A stretch of 64,000 bases of DNA from Eledone cirrhosa. Taxonomy: Eukaryota. Below, piece after piece: positions 1 to 11,949 of the stretch. The DNA lies in NCBI GenBank assembly GCA_964016885.1, contig OZ024747.1, positions 32,178,001 through 32,242,000 on the forward strand. Direction: 5' to 3'. The position numbers and the translations under genes are program-made. Position 1 is the stretch's first letter; each line of letters starts with the position of its first letter. The notes under the pieces are model-generated. The model made no database searches. It was not told the origin of the DNA and saw nothing but the letters and a program-made list of their open reading frames with translations.

Positions 1-48
1 ATTCTACGAACACACGATATCATAAAGAGCAAAAGACAATCCAAGTCA

Positions 49-513
49 ATGAAAAACATCTTAACACATGCCAAAGTACTGCCAACCACAACAACGAAAC
101 CCACAGTAAAAAAATGCGATAGACCCAACTGTGGCATTTGCATCAACCTAATAGAGGGTTCGGAATTCTATTTCAAAGATGGACAACGTTTTATAGTAAA
201 ACACAATTTCACATGTGCATCGGAAAATTTAATATATGTATTAACTTGTTCAGGTTGTCGAGAACAATACATAGGCCAGACCAAAAACAGCCTCCGCCAA
301 CGCATGTCTGTCCATAGATCCCAAATTAAAATACGGGAATACAGGAAAATACCACTGAGTGAACACATTGATACCTGCGCCGCCCCAAATCATCCCAACT
401 TCAGAATCTTTCCCCTCTACAAATTTAAAGATAATGCCACCCACACCCAGCGCATCAGCAAGGAATCTTACTTCATTAACAAATACGGACCCCGTCTAAA
501 CACTTCTCCCTAA
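49..513 (+). mobile_element. PLE C-terminus (Cys-rich linker + GIY-YIG endonuclease), Neptune-like; ORF probably begins before the window
   Basis: CDRPNCGIC linker, NLIYVLTCSGCREQYIGQT (GIY-YIG), R..H and E..FI...LN motifs. Confidence 0.85.
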
Positions 514-863
514 GACGAACCCACAACATACACACGTCAACATACATACCTACATCAGCACACATCTCTACCCACATATAAACACAATGACACACGTAAA
601 CACACATGCTCTATGGTGCAATACAAAAAAATATGTGTGCATATATATGTATGTATATATGTATATATATATATGTGTATATGTAGTGAAAATATATATA
701 TATATGTGTGTGTGTATGTGTGTATATATATATATAGTGAATATCATTTCACACCTTTTATTGTTAAGATTGTTGATGTTCTATTAAGAGAACCGATTTT
801 ACTGAAAAAATCGAATAATGTACACCATTTTACCAGGGGGGAAAAAAATACTGGTCCACCCAC

Positions 864-900
<37 letters not shown>

Positions 901-1035
901 CACAAACACATACACACGCGTACATCAACATACAAAGAGACTTATACACACACACACACACACACGCACTTCTCCGTATAAGACAAAAGCTGAAAAATAT
1001 CTTTTGACCTTCGAATGACTCTGCTGTGTGTATGT

Positions 1036-1109
<74 letters not shown>

Positions 1110-1178
1110 ATCTTAATAGCCATTTGACACACATCGCTGGTGGCTATTGTCGCAGCATCGAACACCTTACTACTACTA

Positions 1179-1254
<76 letters not shown>

Positions 1255-1769
1255 TTGTTGTGAAAGAGTCATTTCTCAATCTTGGCGCAAAACCAATTTT
1301 TTATCCACATGACCTCTACCGACCAATCAAAATTGTTTTGACCATAATTTTTGCTGGAGCCACTTTTCTAACATTTTAACATAAAAACAGTCTTGGCGCA
1401 AAATCAACTTTTTACATTCACATGACCTCTACCGACCAATCAAAATTGTTTTGACCACAAGCATTTTTGCAACACAAAAATAACGCTGGAGCCATTTTTT
1501 TAACATAAAAACAGGTAGAATTCCCAAAACTAATCAGATCAGAGCAAACAGCACGGACACTCTATCTCAAAATTATTTTTGAAAAGCATTTAGAAATGCG
1601 CAACCGGTAAAAACTTAAAAACTTAAAACCACAACTGAATACTAACCCATACAATCACTAATACTCTTTTATTCCTAATTAAACCATTTTTCAACTGTGA
1701 ACAATTTGTCAGCATTTTCTATTCCGTTTACCAATATATAATAACTTGTGTGTTACACCTCTATTCTTT

Positions 1770-1783
<14 letters not shown>
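514..1783 (+). repeat. Probable PLE 3' region with (CA)n tracts and a ~110-bp tandem duplication (1280-1514); 1537-1783 recurs at 40364-40602
   Basis: Direct sequence match of GATCAGAGCAAACAGCACGG...CTATTCTTTTAAC at both loci. Confidence 0.55.
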
Positions 1784-1824
<41 letters not shown>

Positions 1825-1826
<2 letters not shown>

Positions 1827-3105
1827 CGAAGGAAATGTGGTAAGGAACCAGATGGACCATAACGCACCAAAGTACTCAATACTTAGGGTAGTAGAGTGGG
1901 TAATAGGAACAAGCATGACTCCGACGGCAGAGCTCAAGCCGTTTCGACGGCTAATTCTGGACTAAATAAGAATTTTTAGCCTGGTAAATAAATAGCCGAA
2001 CTTCTCAGGGGGTAATTCCATATATGGGAAGATAGTAATTGTCAAAAGGATTGGTCAAAAATTTGTTGTAAAGACAGATGATTCTATCATGGCATTTGGT
2101 AGGAGGTAGGCATAGCTAAACTTACCGGTAGAACAAAGAGAGAGTGGGGGAAACCCAGTCAAGCGTTGAAAGTGAAATCTATACAGCAGATTCTAAGGAT
2201 AGTGTATAGAAGGTCGAAAAAAGTGTACTGGAGAAGGGGTGGGGTATGTGGGGGTGTGTGTGTGTGTGAAAGAATAGGTAAATCGAAAGGGAGTAAACAA
2301 AAAATCCATTATAAAAATAAGGAAATAAATATATAAAAAACAGTTTCTGGTTACTACTCCATCCCCACAATCACCAAATGTCTCATTGGTATTGCTAAGC
2401 TATAGAAAAATTTAATAGGTGGAGAAAAATACTAAATACGAGATTGTAGTGAAAGAATTTTATAAAGCCGGCTTTACAGGGGGTCTAACATCACGGCTAT
2501 AGTTAGTTAGTAATCAGCCAATGCTATCTTACAATGACAGGTTAATATACTAAAATACTACTACAAAAAAACTAATACGAAATATTAATTCATAATACTA
2601 ATACAGAAATACTAATACAAGAATACTAATACAAAAATACCACTAAGAAATTTAGAAATCACAGAAATGGAGCAGCAACCAGAAAGAAAACAATTTACTG
2701 GGGTCTAACACATCTGCTATAAAAAGCGTAATCGGCCAATTCTATTTTAAAATTAGGGGGGTGGGGGTACTGAGGCTACATAGGGCTGCATCGGGGTAGA
2801 CGAAAAGGTGAAAAAAAGACAAGGAAGGAGATCTGGGGTGGAAGGACTAGGAAGAGAAGAGATGGGAGAAGGAAATATAGAGGAAAAGAAAAAAAAAGTT
2901 ACGTAGACCTTTGTAAGCAGGGGTTACCCCTTACAAAATCGGCAAGTGGGGTGTTTCAGCCCTTGTCTACCCCCCCCCCCCGGGTCATTATGGGGTTTGA
3001 GGGCGAGGTAAGTCCTACGCAATCTGTGTTTGCTGTTTGCATGCAGTTACCAGTTCAGCTTTCTTGTTTAGGAGTTGGTCTTTCGAAAACAGCATTTTGA
3101 AGCAC
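1825..3105 (-). mobile_element. PLE 3' end (last GIY-YIG codons plus 3'UTR/pLTR)
   Basis: Minus strand near 3020-3105 reads ..FSKDQLLNKKAELVTACKQ.., resembling the LLNK.E...CRH PLE terminus; HHR near the distal end; end sequence repeated at 34141-34354. Confidence 0.65.
1917..2014 (-). ncRNA. Type-I hammerhead-like motif with long stems II and III (core 1 nt short)
   Basis: ACCCC-CTGAGAAG-TTCGGCTATT..AATTAGCCGTC-GAAACGGC-TTGAGCTCT-GCCGTC/GGAGT; the copy at 34217-34262 has GGGGT, which restores stem I. Confidence 0.6.
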
Positions 3106-3436
3106 GGGTGTATTAGAATTTGTAGAATAATGAGGAGAACTCAATGCAGGAAAGCTGTTAAAACAGAAAACTGCCATCAATGACAGCGTTGTGCAAAATT
3201 TACCTCAAAGGAAAGAAATCAGTGGCCAGAAGTGTGTTGGCCCCCAGAGAAAAGAGAAAAGAAAGAAAATGGACGAGAGAAGATCACACAAACATTTAGA
3301 TACAATCATCAGCTTTTAGACCTGTTGTGGGACAACTAGTCTAACCCAGCCAGGTAAGTGTGGAAAAATGGATGTTAAACATGGATGTTAAACAGTGATA
3401 ATGATGACGATGTGTATGATGATGATGATATAAATA

Positions 3437-3540
<104 letters not shown>

Positions 3541-3713
3541 AAATGTTTATTATAAACATACAGAATATTTTCGAATATTCTATGTCTATATTCACATATA
3601 TATCGCTATTTCAGAGCATTTATTCCAATTTCTAATTTCTGCCGGACCGGCAACCGCTCTTTCAAACCAGTTCCTGTACACAGCTAAGTATTCTATAAGT
3701 CTCTAGCTGTGTC

Positions 3714-3802
3714 ATTCTCGATAAAAGCACTGGATATGTAGTCCTGATGATTTCTAACGAGAATGAAACGCGTAGATTACTTCCCTTGCTTTTATCGAGA
3801 AT
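3714..3802 (+). ncRNA. Type-I hammerhead ribozyme, copy 1
   Basis: Stem I GTAGTC/GATTAC plus distal 16-bp ATTCTCGATAAAAGCA/TGCTTTTATCGAGAAT; CTGATGA 3744-3750; stem II TTCT-AACG-AGAA; GAAA 3765-3768; palindromic stem III ACGCGT; GUA site ending 3774. Confidence 0.9.
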
Positions 3803-4023
3803 CTAATTGTAATACGTGACGTATTCTATTCTATAGCGATTAGGTCTTCAAAATGTTTATTATAAACATACAGAATATTTTCGAATATTCTATGTCTATA
3901 TTCACATATATATCGCTATTTCAGAGCATTTATTCCAATTTCTAATTTCTGCCGGACCGGCAACCGCTCTTTCAAACCAGTTCCTGTACACAGCTAAGTA
4001 TTCTATAAGTCTCTAGCTGTGTC

Positions 4024-4112
4024 ATTCTCGATAAAAGCACTGGATATGTAGTCCTGATGATTTCTAACGAGAATGAAACGCGTAGATTACTTCCCTTGCT
4101 TTTATCGAGAAT
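4024..4112 (+). ncRNA. Hammerhead ribozyme, copy 2
   Basis: Same as copy 1, offset +310. Confidence 0.9.
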
Positions 4113-4333
4113 CTAATTGTAATACGTGACGTATTCTATTCTATAGCGATTAGGTCTTCAAAATGTTTATTATAAACATACAGAATATTTTCGAATATTC
4201 TATGTCTATATTCACATATATATCGCTATTTCAGAGCATTTATTCCAATTTCTAATTTCTGCCGGACCGGCAACCGCTCTTTCAAACCAGTTCCTGTACA
4301 CAGCTAAGTATTCTATAAGTCTCTAGCTGTGTC

Positions 4334-4422
4334 ATTCTCGATAAAAGCACTGGATATGTAGTCCTGATGATTTCTAACGAGAATGAAACGCGTAGATTAC
4401 TTCCCTTGCTTTTATCGAGAAT
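4334..4422 (+). ncRNA. Hammerhead ribozyme, copy 3
   Basis: Same as copy 1, offset +620. Confidence 0.9.
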
Positions 4423-4643
4423 CTAATTGTAATACGTGACGTATTCTATTCTATAGCGATTAGGTCTTCAAAATGTTTATTATAAACATACAGAATATTT
4501 TCGAATATTCTATGTCTATATTCACATATATATCGCTATTTCAGAGCATTTATTCCAATTTCTAATTTCTGCCGGACCGGCAACCGCTCTTTCAAACCAG
4601 TTCCTGTACACAGCTAAGTATTCTATAAGTCTCTAGCTGTGTC

Positions 4644-4732
4644 ATTCTCGATAAAAGCACTGGATATGTAGTCCTGATGATTTCTAACGAGAATGAAACG
4701 CGTAGATTACTTCCCTTGCTTTTATCGAGAAT
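4644..4732 (+). ncRNA. Hammerhead ribozyme, copy 4
   Basis: Same as copy 1, offset +930. Confidence 0.9.
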
Positions 4733-4886
4733 CTAATTGTAATACGTGACGTATTCTATTCTATAGCGATTAGGTCTTCAAAATGTTTATTATAAACATA
4801 CAGAATATTTTCGAATATTCTATGTCTATATTCACATATATATCGCTATTTCAGAGCATTTATTCCAATATAAAAGATATTTTACT

Positions 4887-5248
4887 TTACGGGATGCCTT
4901 TGTCTTTCAAGTCCAGCCTAGTAGAGTGCCTCTTGCTCCGGTCCTTGAAAGAGTTTGTGTGGTTATACATTCGCGATTTAAAGGTCATGGATGTTGCGCC
5001 GATGTAGGTGCGCTTTATATTGGGCGTGCTAACCACACATTTATATACCAGGCCCTTCGTTAGGCATCTTCCCTGAAGGAGGCACTGTGTGCCTGCTCTG
5101 CAGTTGCACGTTCTGTCGTTATATTGTTCATTTCGGACGCCTGGCCTTTGTTCTGTCATGGCCCTCTCCCGGTTCTCTGGGCGTTGTTCTGCCGACACGG
5201 TGGTCTCCCCTCCGCCACCCGATACAATCCAACGACGGGCGGAAATGA
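4887..5248 (-). mobile_element. Inverted partial copy of the adjacent PLE GIY-YIG region
   Basis: CNCRAGTQCLLQGRC...VYKC...TYIG on the minus strand; mirrors 5249-5590 with scattered mismatches. Confidence 0.85.
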
Positions 5249-5794
5249 GTGGCGGAGGGGAGACACCGTGCCGGCAGAACAACACCCAGAGAACCGGGAG
5301 AGGCCATGACAGAACAAAGGCCAGGCGTCCGAAATGAACAATATAACGACAGAACGTGCAACTGCAGAGCAGGCACACAGTGCCCCCTGCAGGGAAGATG
5401 CCTAACGAAGGGCCTGGTATATAAATGTGTGGTTAGCACGCCCAATATAAAGCGCACCTACATCGGCGCAACATCCATGACCTTTAAATCGCGAATGTAT
5501 AACCACACAAACTCTTTCAAGGACCAGAGCAAGAGGCACTCTACTAGGCTGGCGGACCTGGTGTGGGATTTGAAAGGCAAATGCACCCCGTATGCCCTTC
5601 ACTGGAGTATCGTTCGGCACGCGAATGCATATTCGGCTGGAAATAGAAAATGTAGGCTATGCCTATCCGAGGCCATGGAGATAGTCAGACTGAAGGATGA
5701 TGCGGTCAAGCTGAAATCGGAAATAATCATGACGTGCAGACACCAGAGAAGGTGCACACTCTTTGCATGGAATCCACCGGGCAGCCCAAGCTAA
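5249..5794 (+). mobile_element. 5'-truncated PLE, GIY-YIG domain (Hydra-clade-like); probable 3'UTR to ~6470
   Basis: CxCx5Cx5C linker, LVYKC..TYIG, CRLCLSE, C-terminal TCRHQRR. Confidence 0.88.
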
Positions 5795-6479
5795 AGGCAT
5801 GCGGTGGAGCGCATGCCGACCAGAGCGGCGAAACGGGTTCAAGAGATCAGACACAATACCCGTTGACTATATATGCCCCGTGGGGTAAGCCGAAATAACC
5901 CAGGATGCCTACCCGACTCTGCACGTCACCCTAGGCAAGAACATCGCCTGAGCCGGGACAGGTTGACCCGGATTCCATTGATATTTAGTCAAATACTTTA
6001 CACCAATAATACACTATACCTCAACCACAGTGACATAATCCAATATGGGCGGTCCACGCCCCACTGCATGTGTATCTTTTCAGTAGAGAGTGCATACTCT
6101 CCACGTATTCCATTTTGTACCACCTAATGTATTTTCCGTATACAGACCCACGTGTGTATCTCATACTTCTCTTGTGTACTATCTCATATGCATACACGTT
6201 CCTTCTTCTTTTTTTAATATATATTCTCCACGCATTTTCTATGTACGGTCTGCGCATACTATTTACTGTAATACAATGAATGCCCATTATGTGGCTTTGC
6301 GTGAAGATTCCATATGTGGATTGATCTATGTTCCCAACGTAACAACATCTCTGTAGACACATATAACAAGGTGCACCCTTTCATGTATAGCACACTGTGT
6401 ATCTCTGTCTGCCGTTATATGTATATTTTTAATATATTTTATACTTTGTTATATATATGTATATACGTATATATATAAA

Positions 6480-7119
6480 AACAAATAACGAAACGAAATT
6501 AAATTTCGTTTCGTTTGTAACTCACTTTTGTATGACTGACGCTTAAACAATTAAGTTAAAAATGTACATCCACATATGTATACTGAAATACTAGTATGCA
6601 TATGAATACACACACGTATACATATGTAGATGTACCGAGTTTTTCACTGGTCACTTTACTGTGAGTGTCCAGCTATTCTGTATGTAAACACACAGACAAA
6701 CCGGTTTTTAGAGTCATACTGGTTTTTGAGGAAACACCTTTCCTCTATTCTCCAGAAAGCCAGACAATGAATATTGCCCACTACTAATTTTCATAGAAAA
6801 AGCATATAACGATATGTGCTTTTACGATTCTCTAGAAAGGCCGGAAGATAGGTAAATATTGCTGATGAGATGTAACAACATCGAAACTAGTTCAATATTC
6901 CTTGTCTGGCTTTCTGGAGAATAGAGGAAAGGTGTTTCCTTAAAAACCAGTATGACTCTAAAAACCGGTTTGTCTGTGTGTTTACATACAGAATAGCTGG
7001 ACACTCACAGTAAAGTGACCAGTGAAAAACTCGGTACATCTACATATGTATACGTGTGTGTATTCATATGCATACTAGTATTTCAGTATACATATGTGGA
7101 TGTACATTTTTAACTTAAT
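6480..7119. mobile_element. Non-coding HHR element in head-to-head arrangement (inverted arms ~6550-6776 / 6893-7119)
   Basis: ~227-bp inverted repeat with few mismatches; terminus resembles the 15398 element (GAAACGAAAT..CTCACT..CTTAAA). Confidence 0.8.
6855..6899 (+). ncRNA. Canonical minimal type-I hammerhead ribozyme
   Basis: AATATTG-CTGATGA-GATGT-AACA-ACATC-GAAAC-TA-GTT/CAATATT: perfect stems I and II, palindromic ACTAGT stem III, cleavage predicted after 6892. Confidence 0.92.
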
Positions 7120-7126
7120 CGTATAT

Positions 7127-7200
<74 letters not shown>

Positions 7201-7606
7201 CACGTATATATATATGTGTGTGTGTGTGTGTGTGAGTGTGTATGTAGGTATTTTCTGTATGTACATGTTTATAACAAGATGCATCCTTTCATGTATGACC
7301 CATTGTGTAACTTTATATGACGTTGTGTGTATGTGAATATGCGCATATTTGTAGGAGTGTTTATGAGCCAGTGTGTCTGGGTGTGGTGTACTAGCACCCC
7401 TGTAGGGAAAGGGCTTGTTTGTGTGTATGTATATGTGTCTTTGCGAGCGAGTGTGTATCTGTGCGTGTATATATCTATATGGGTACGTGTGTGTATGTGC
7501 GTGGGTGGAAGGGCGTCTATGTATATGTCTGTACGCGTTTGTGCGTACGGGTATATATACGCGTATGCATGTGTATGTGTATGTTGATGTATATAGGCAT
7601 GTGGGC

Positions 7607-7748
7607 ACAATTTATTAACATATTACAATTGTTTATCCGCCGAGCAGCTCGAGGTATGATCTATTTGTGGATCGAACCTGCCTCTGGATTCGCAAGTTCC
7701 TCAGATACGTCTCGCGACTTCGAAGCAAATCTTGTGTGGATATCTCTC
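7607..7748 (-). repeat. Short repeat with degenerate long-stem-II hammerhead (homologue of 13694-13845)
   Basis: AGACGTAT-CTGAGGA...TAAACAATTGTA/ATATG on the minus strand; G of GAAA altered. Confidence 0.55.
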
Positions 7749-10700
7749 GGCTGGAAGGTACTGAGTTTCCAGGAACACATTCTGCGAGCCATGTCAACTT
7801 CGCCGTTAATATGAGTGGCCCAGCTTAAGTTGTTGTCCACAATTACTCCCAGGTCTCTGATGTTGTTGAATGCCACTAGATTTTCACCCGAAGGAAGAGA
7901 GTATGGTAGTTTCGGGGCATCCTTTTTTCCAAAGTGGATTAATTGAAACTTATCCTCATTCAACAGTATATTATTCTTTTCTGCCCATTGGATAACAGCC
8001 AGTAGGTTTGACTGAAGTCCAGTCCAGTCACCCACCTCATTGATGACCCTTTGGAGCTTGGAATCATCTGCGAAGATTCTTATGTTGCTGTGCTTGATGA
8101 TGTCAGTAATGTCATTAATGTAGATGATGAAAAGAAGTGGGTCCAACACAGTGCCTTATGGGAGGTCACTTCTTACTTTGGCAGGGCTTGATTTTACTCC
8201 TTCGACTACAACATGTTGGGTTCTGTCTGTCAGGAAACATTTGATCCACTGTAGTAACTTTCCAGAGACACCAACGTTGGATAGTTTTTTTCAGTAGAAT
8301 CTTATGGTCAACCCTGTCAAAAGCCTTGCTGAAATCAAGGTAGATGACATCAGTGTTGGAGCCCTCTCCCAAGGCTCTCAAAACATCGTCAAAGTGATGC
8401 AGGAGCTGCGTTAGGCAGTCCCTTCCATTACGGAACCCATATTGGTTGGAGTTCAGCAGTCTGTTGCTTTTCAGAAAGTAGGTTATTCATGATCTCACCA
8501 CCCTCTCAAATACCTTGATAATATGAGAGGTGAGTGAGATCGGACGGTAGTTCACTGCAAGTGACTTATTTCCCTTTTTGAAGACTGGGATAACGGACTG
8601 GGACAGAAAGTTTTCAGGCATATAGCCAGTGTCCAGTGAGTTCCTCCACAGATTAGCAAGAGGAGATGCAAGTTGGTGTCGACACACCTTCAGGACACAA
8701 GCAGGAAACATGTCGGGCCTACTGCTGAATTGTGTTTAATTTAGTTTATTGCCGCTAAGACATCAGGGGCTTCAAACATTATGTCTGATATAGTGTGTTG
8801 GGGATTAACATCACTGATACAGCCCACATCGGCCATATCAGGATTGCTGAAAACAAAGCAGTATTGTTTCTGCAGTATCTCGCTCATGGTTTTGGCATTA
8901 TCTTGGAGTGTGTCATTTTCATCAATTAGAGGGTCAACAGTGGAGACGGTGACCTTGTGTTTTTTAGCAAATGAAAAGAACACTTTGGGGTTAAGTTTGA
9001 GTTTTTCAATGGCCCACCTCTCATCAGCTGTTCTCTGGATTTTGATGATGGTCATTATGCATTGTTGGAGGTTATATTTTTTTTATTCAAGCAGGGCGAT
9101 AGCCATTGAATGTGTGTTGCTGTTGGCAGTATTTTAGTGTGTTAAATTTTTTGTTTGTTCTTTTTATTTTTCTGATAATTGTTTTTCTGTTTTGGGGCAT
9201 ACTGCACTTGGTTTTGTTCACAGGTTTTGGTGCGGTGTGTTTTGTACATATATTTGTGACAGTGTCTACAAAGATCTGCCAAGATGTTTTTATGTTGGTG
9301 AAAATGTCTGCGTGTGTAAAAGACCAGTAAACATGTGATAGTTCGTTCATAATTGCATCCCAGTTGGCATTGGAGAGATCCATGTTATCAAATGGGTGGG
9401 CTGGAAAGTTGTCCCTGGGATTAGCTTTCGGCTGGTGGAATCTCCGGTTACAAAGAACCATGACACGGTCTGAGAGAAGGGTTTTTTCCACTGTAATATT
9501 ATGGTTAGTGTTAGTGTGGTTACTAAACACTAGATCCAGAATGTTCTTCTGATGCCTTGTGGGAGCAAGGACAAGAAATGACTCGACAGCTTCTTTGTCA
9601 GTGGTTGAGGTTGTGGTGCCTGGTTTCAAACTACATGTAGATCAATCGATACAGTGTAGATTAAAGTGTCCCATCAAAATTATGTTACTAGAATGACACT
9701 GTTTAATAAAACATTTAATACTGTTGAGGTATTCTTTGAAGCAGATTATGGGTGTTTGTGGTGGCCTATAGAGCCCAACTAATGTCAGGTCATTGGCTTT
9801 ATTGTAAACAGTGACTGATTCACAGTAGCCATTGGAGAATGTCGTTTTGCCATCTGCCGTAAAGGAAACATGCAGGAAAATGGCAGTTCCACCCTTCCTT
9901 CTGCCAACACGATCTGCACGGATGGTTATGAAATTCCTCACTCTTACTTCGGCCTCCAAGTGGGAGTTGTTAAGGTGGGTCTCAGTAAGAATGAAGAAGG
10001 GAATGTGAAATTGATGGTTACCAACCGAATCCTCAATGATTTGGATCGCCATTCTGTGCATTGATGGATGGGCTGATACCTTGTGTATTGAGTAAAAATG
10101 TGGAGGCTAGTGTGGTGGCTGGCTTTGACTGTTGCAGGGGGTTTGTTTTGACATTGTGTGTTAGTGACATCAAGGATGGTGTTGGGTGATGGCTAAAATG
10201 TTTTTTTTGTATCACTTTTGCCAGGTTCATGGCTAAAAAAGGAAACTTTTCTTGTTCAGGGAGCAGTTTTTGATTGGATTTGTGGTTACATCATTGGATA
10301 GGGTTGCAGGGCCCTCTTTTGTTGTTGTTGTTGTAATCGTGTCTTTGAGGAAAGACTGGAGCAGCATTACTTTTGTTGTTCTTGTTATTTGTTGTTGTTG
10401 TAATCGGTGTCTTTGTGAAAAGACTGGAGCCGCATTACTTTTGTTGTTTTTGTTGTTGTAATCGTGTCTTTGTGAGAAGACTGGATCAGCATTACTGCAG
10501 CTGGGGGTGGCTTTATTGTGGCTTGTGTGTTGGCATGGAGCTCCTTTTCTGTTCGTGCGTTGTGTCCCAGGAAGATGAGTGAAGGGACAGTCAGTCAGCA
10601 GACATAGCCTCTCACGTTAGGAATGTTGGCAGATTTTGGGGCTCCGACTTATGCGTGCGGGCAGCGTGCTTTGGTGTTGGCTGGCAGTGTTAGTGCGCCT

Positions 10701-11949
10701 AGTAACCGGTAAATGGATAAATATGCAGTCGCTACCCGTGCATAGCCTCGGATGTAGTGAGTAGCAGCATATTTGGGGGTTTCTAGTTTGTGTAGTGGGG
10801 GTGCATACAGCTCCATAGATTTTTTAAAAAGTTCTTTTGACTACAGCATAACTGTGGTGGTGATGTGCGGGAAGAAAGCAGTGGTCCATTACTAGCAGTT
10901 GATGTGACAGAAGGTGGTGACGGTGGTGATGGCGATGGCGATAATGATGGCTGAGTGAGTGGTTGAGGGATACTGTCATTCAGTAACTCAGCTATTATGC
11001 TTGAATTCAGTAGTGGTGGAGGTGGTGGTGGCTCCTGATTTTCTGGCTGGTGTTGTTGTGGCTGTTGTTGTTGTTGTTGTTGTTGTGTTTGTCCATTCAA
11101 GTAAATATGTCGAAGTTTTTCAAAATGGTTTTGAATTAGCTTGAAAGAGACGTCTACATGTTTTAGTTTGTTGCGTATCTGCTTAGCAGACCCCATGGTA
11201 AATGTTTGAGCTGTTTTTTCCGCAATCTCATTCAGACACGACGCTTTAATGTTTATTGTTTGGGGCAGAGAAAACCATGTGTTTATTAAGAGGTCAATTT
11301 CATTATCAGACCAATTTCGTCTGTTGTGGGCTTGCTGGGCAGTAGTCATATTTTTTTTTTCTATTTGCGTTTTTAGATATTTGATATTTGATACGTGAGT
11401 GAGACTTTGGTTATTTGAAGAAATTAAAGAATCGTGTATATATATATATATTCTCTCTTATGGATGTGAGTTTGGTGGCTGAGGATGTTAAACAGTTTTG
11501 GGTTATTTGGTTGTTTGAAGATATCCAAGGAAAAACGATTGTATATAATAATTTGTAGTTAAGAAAACTTACTTGCGAGTTTGTAGGGAAAGCACGTGTA
11601 TTTGTATATACTTTTTTCCTTATGTGAGCGAGCCTTTGGTTATTTGAAGATATTAAAGTAGCGAATATATAGATATGTATTCTCTTTTATGGATGTGAGA
11701 TTTGGTTATTTGGTTGCTTGAGGTTATTAAAAGATTTTGGTTATTTGGTTGTTTGAAGATATTAAGAGAAAAACGAGTGTATATACTAATCTGTAGTTTA
11801 GAAAACGTACTTACGAGTTGTTAGGAAAAGCACGTGGTAACAACTATATATAAATATATATGTTCGGTCAGATAGGGTTTAAAGCTGTGTAGCTGGATAC
11901 TGACTTGGTAGAGAGCAATAGAAACACGTCTGTTCACTTCAACAGTCCA

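Larger units (their letters stand above)
3541..4868 (+). repeat. Tandem array of 310-bp units (4 full + 88-bp partial), each full unit carrying a hammerhead ribozyme; retrozyme-like
   Basis: Units start AAATGTTTATTATAAAC at 3541, 3851, 4161, 4471 and 4781; copies appear identical by eye. Confidence 0.95.

Noticed and set aside
1635-1715. Possible HHR in the first PLE's 3' region (CTGAATA...GAACAATTTGTC)
   Set aside because: Both core segments are defective and no stem I was found.
3541-4868. CRISPR array or coding repeat
   Set aside because: Units are 310 bp and identical with no unique spacers, there are no cas genes, the context is eukaryotic, and there is no long ORF.
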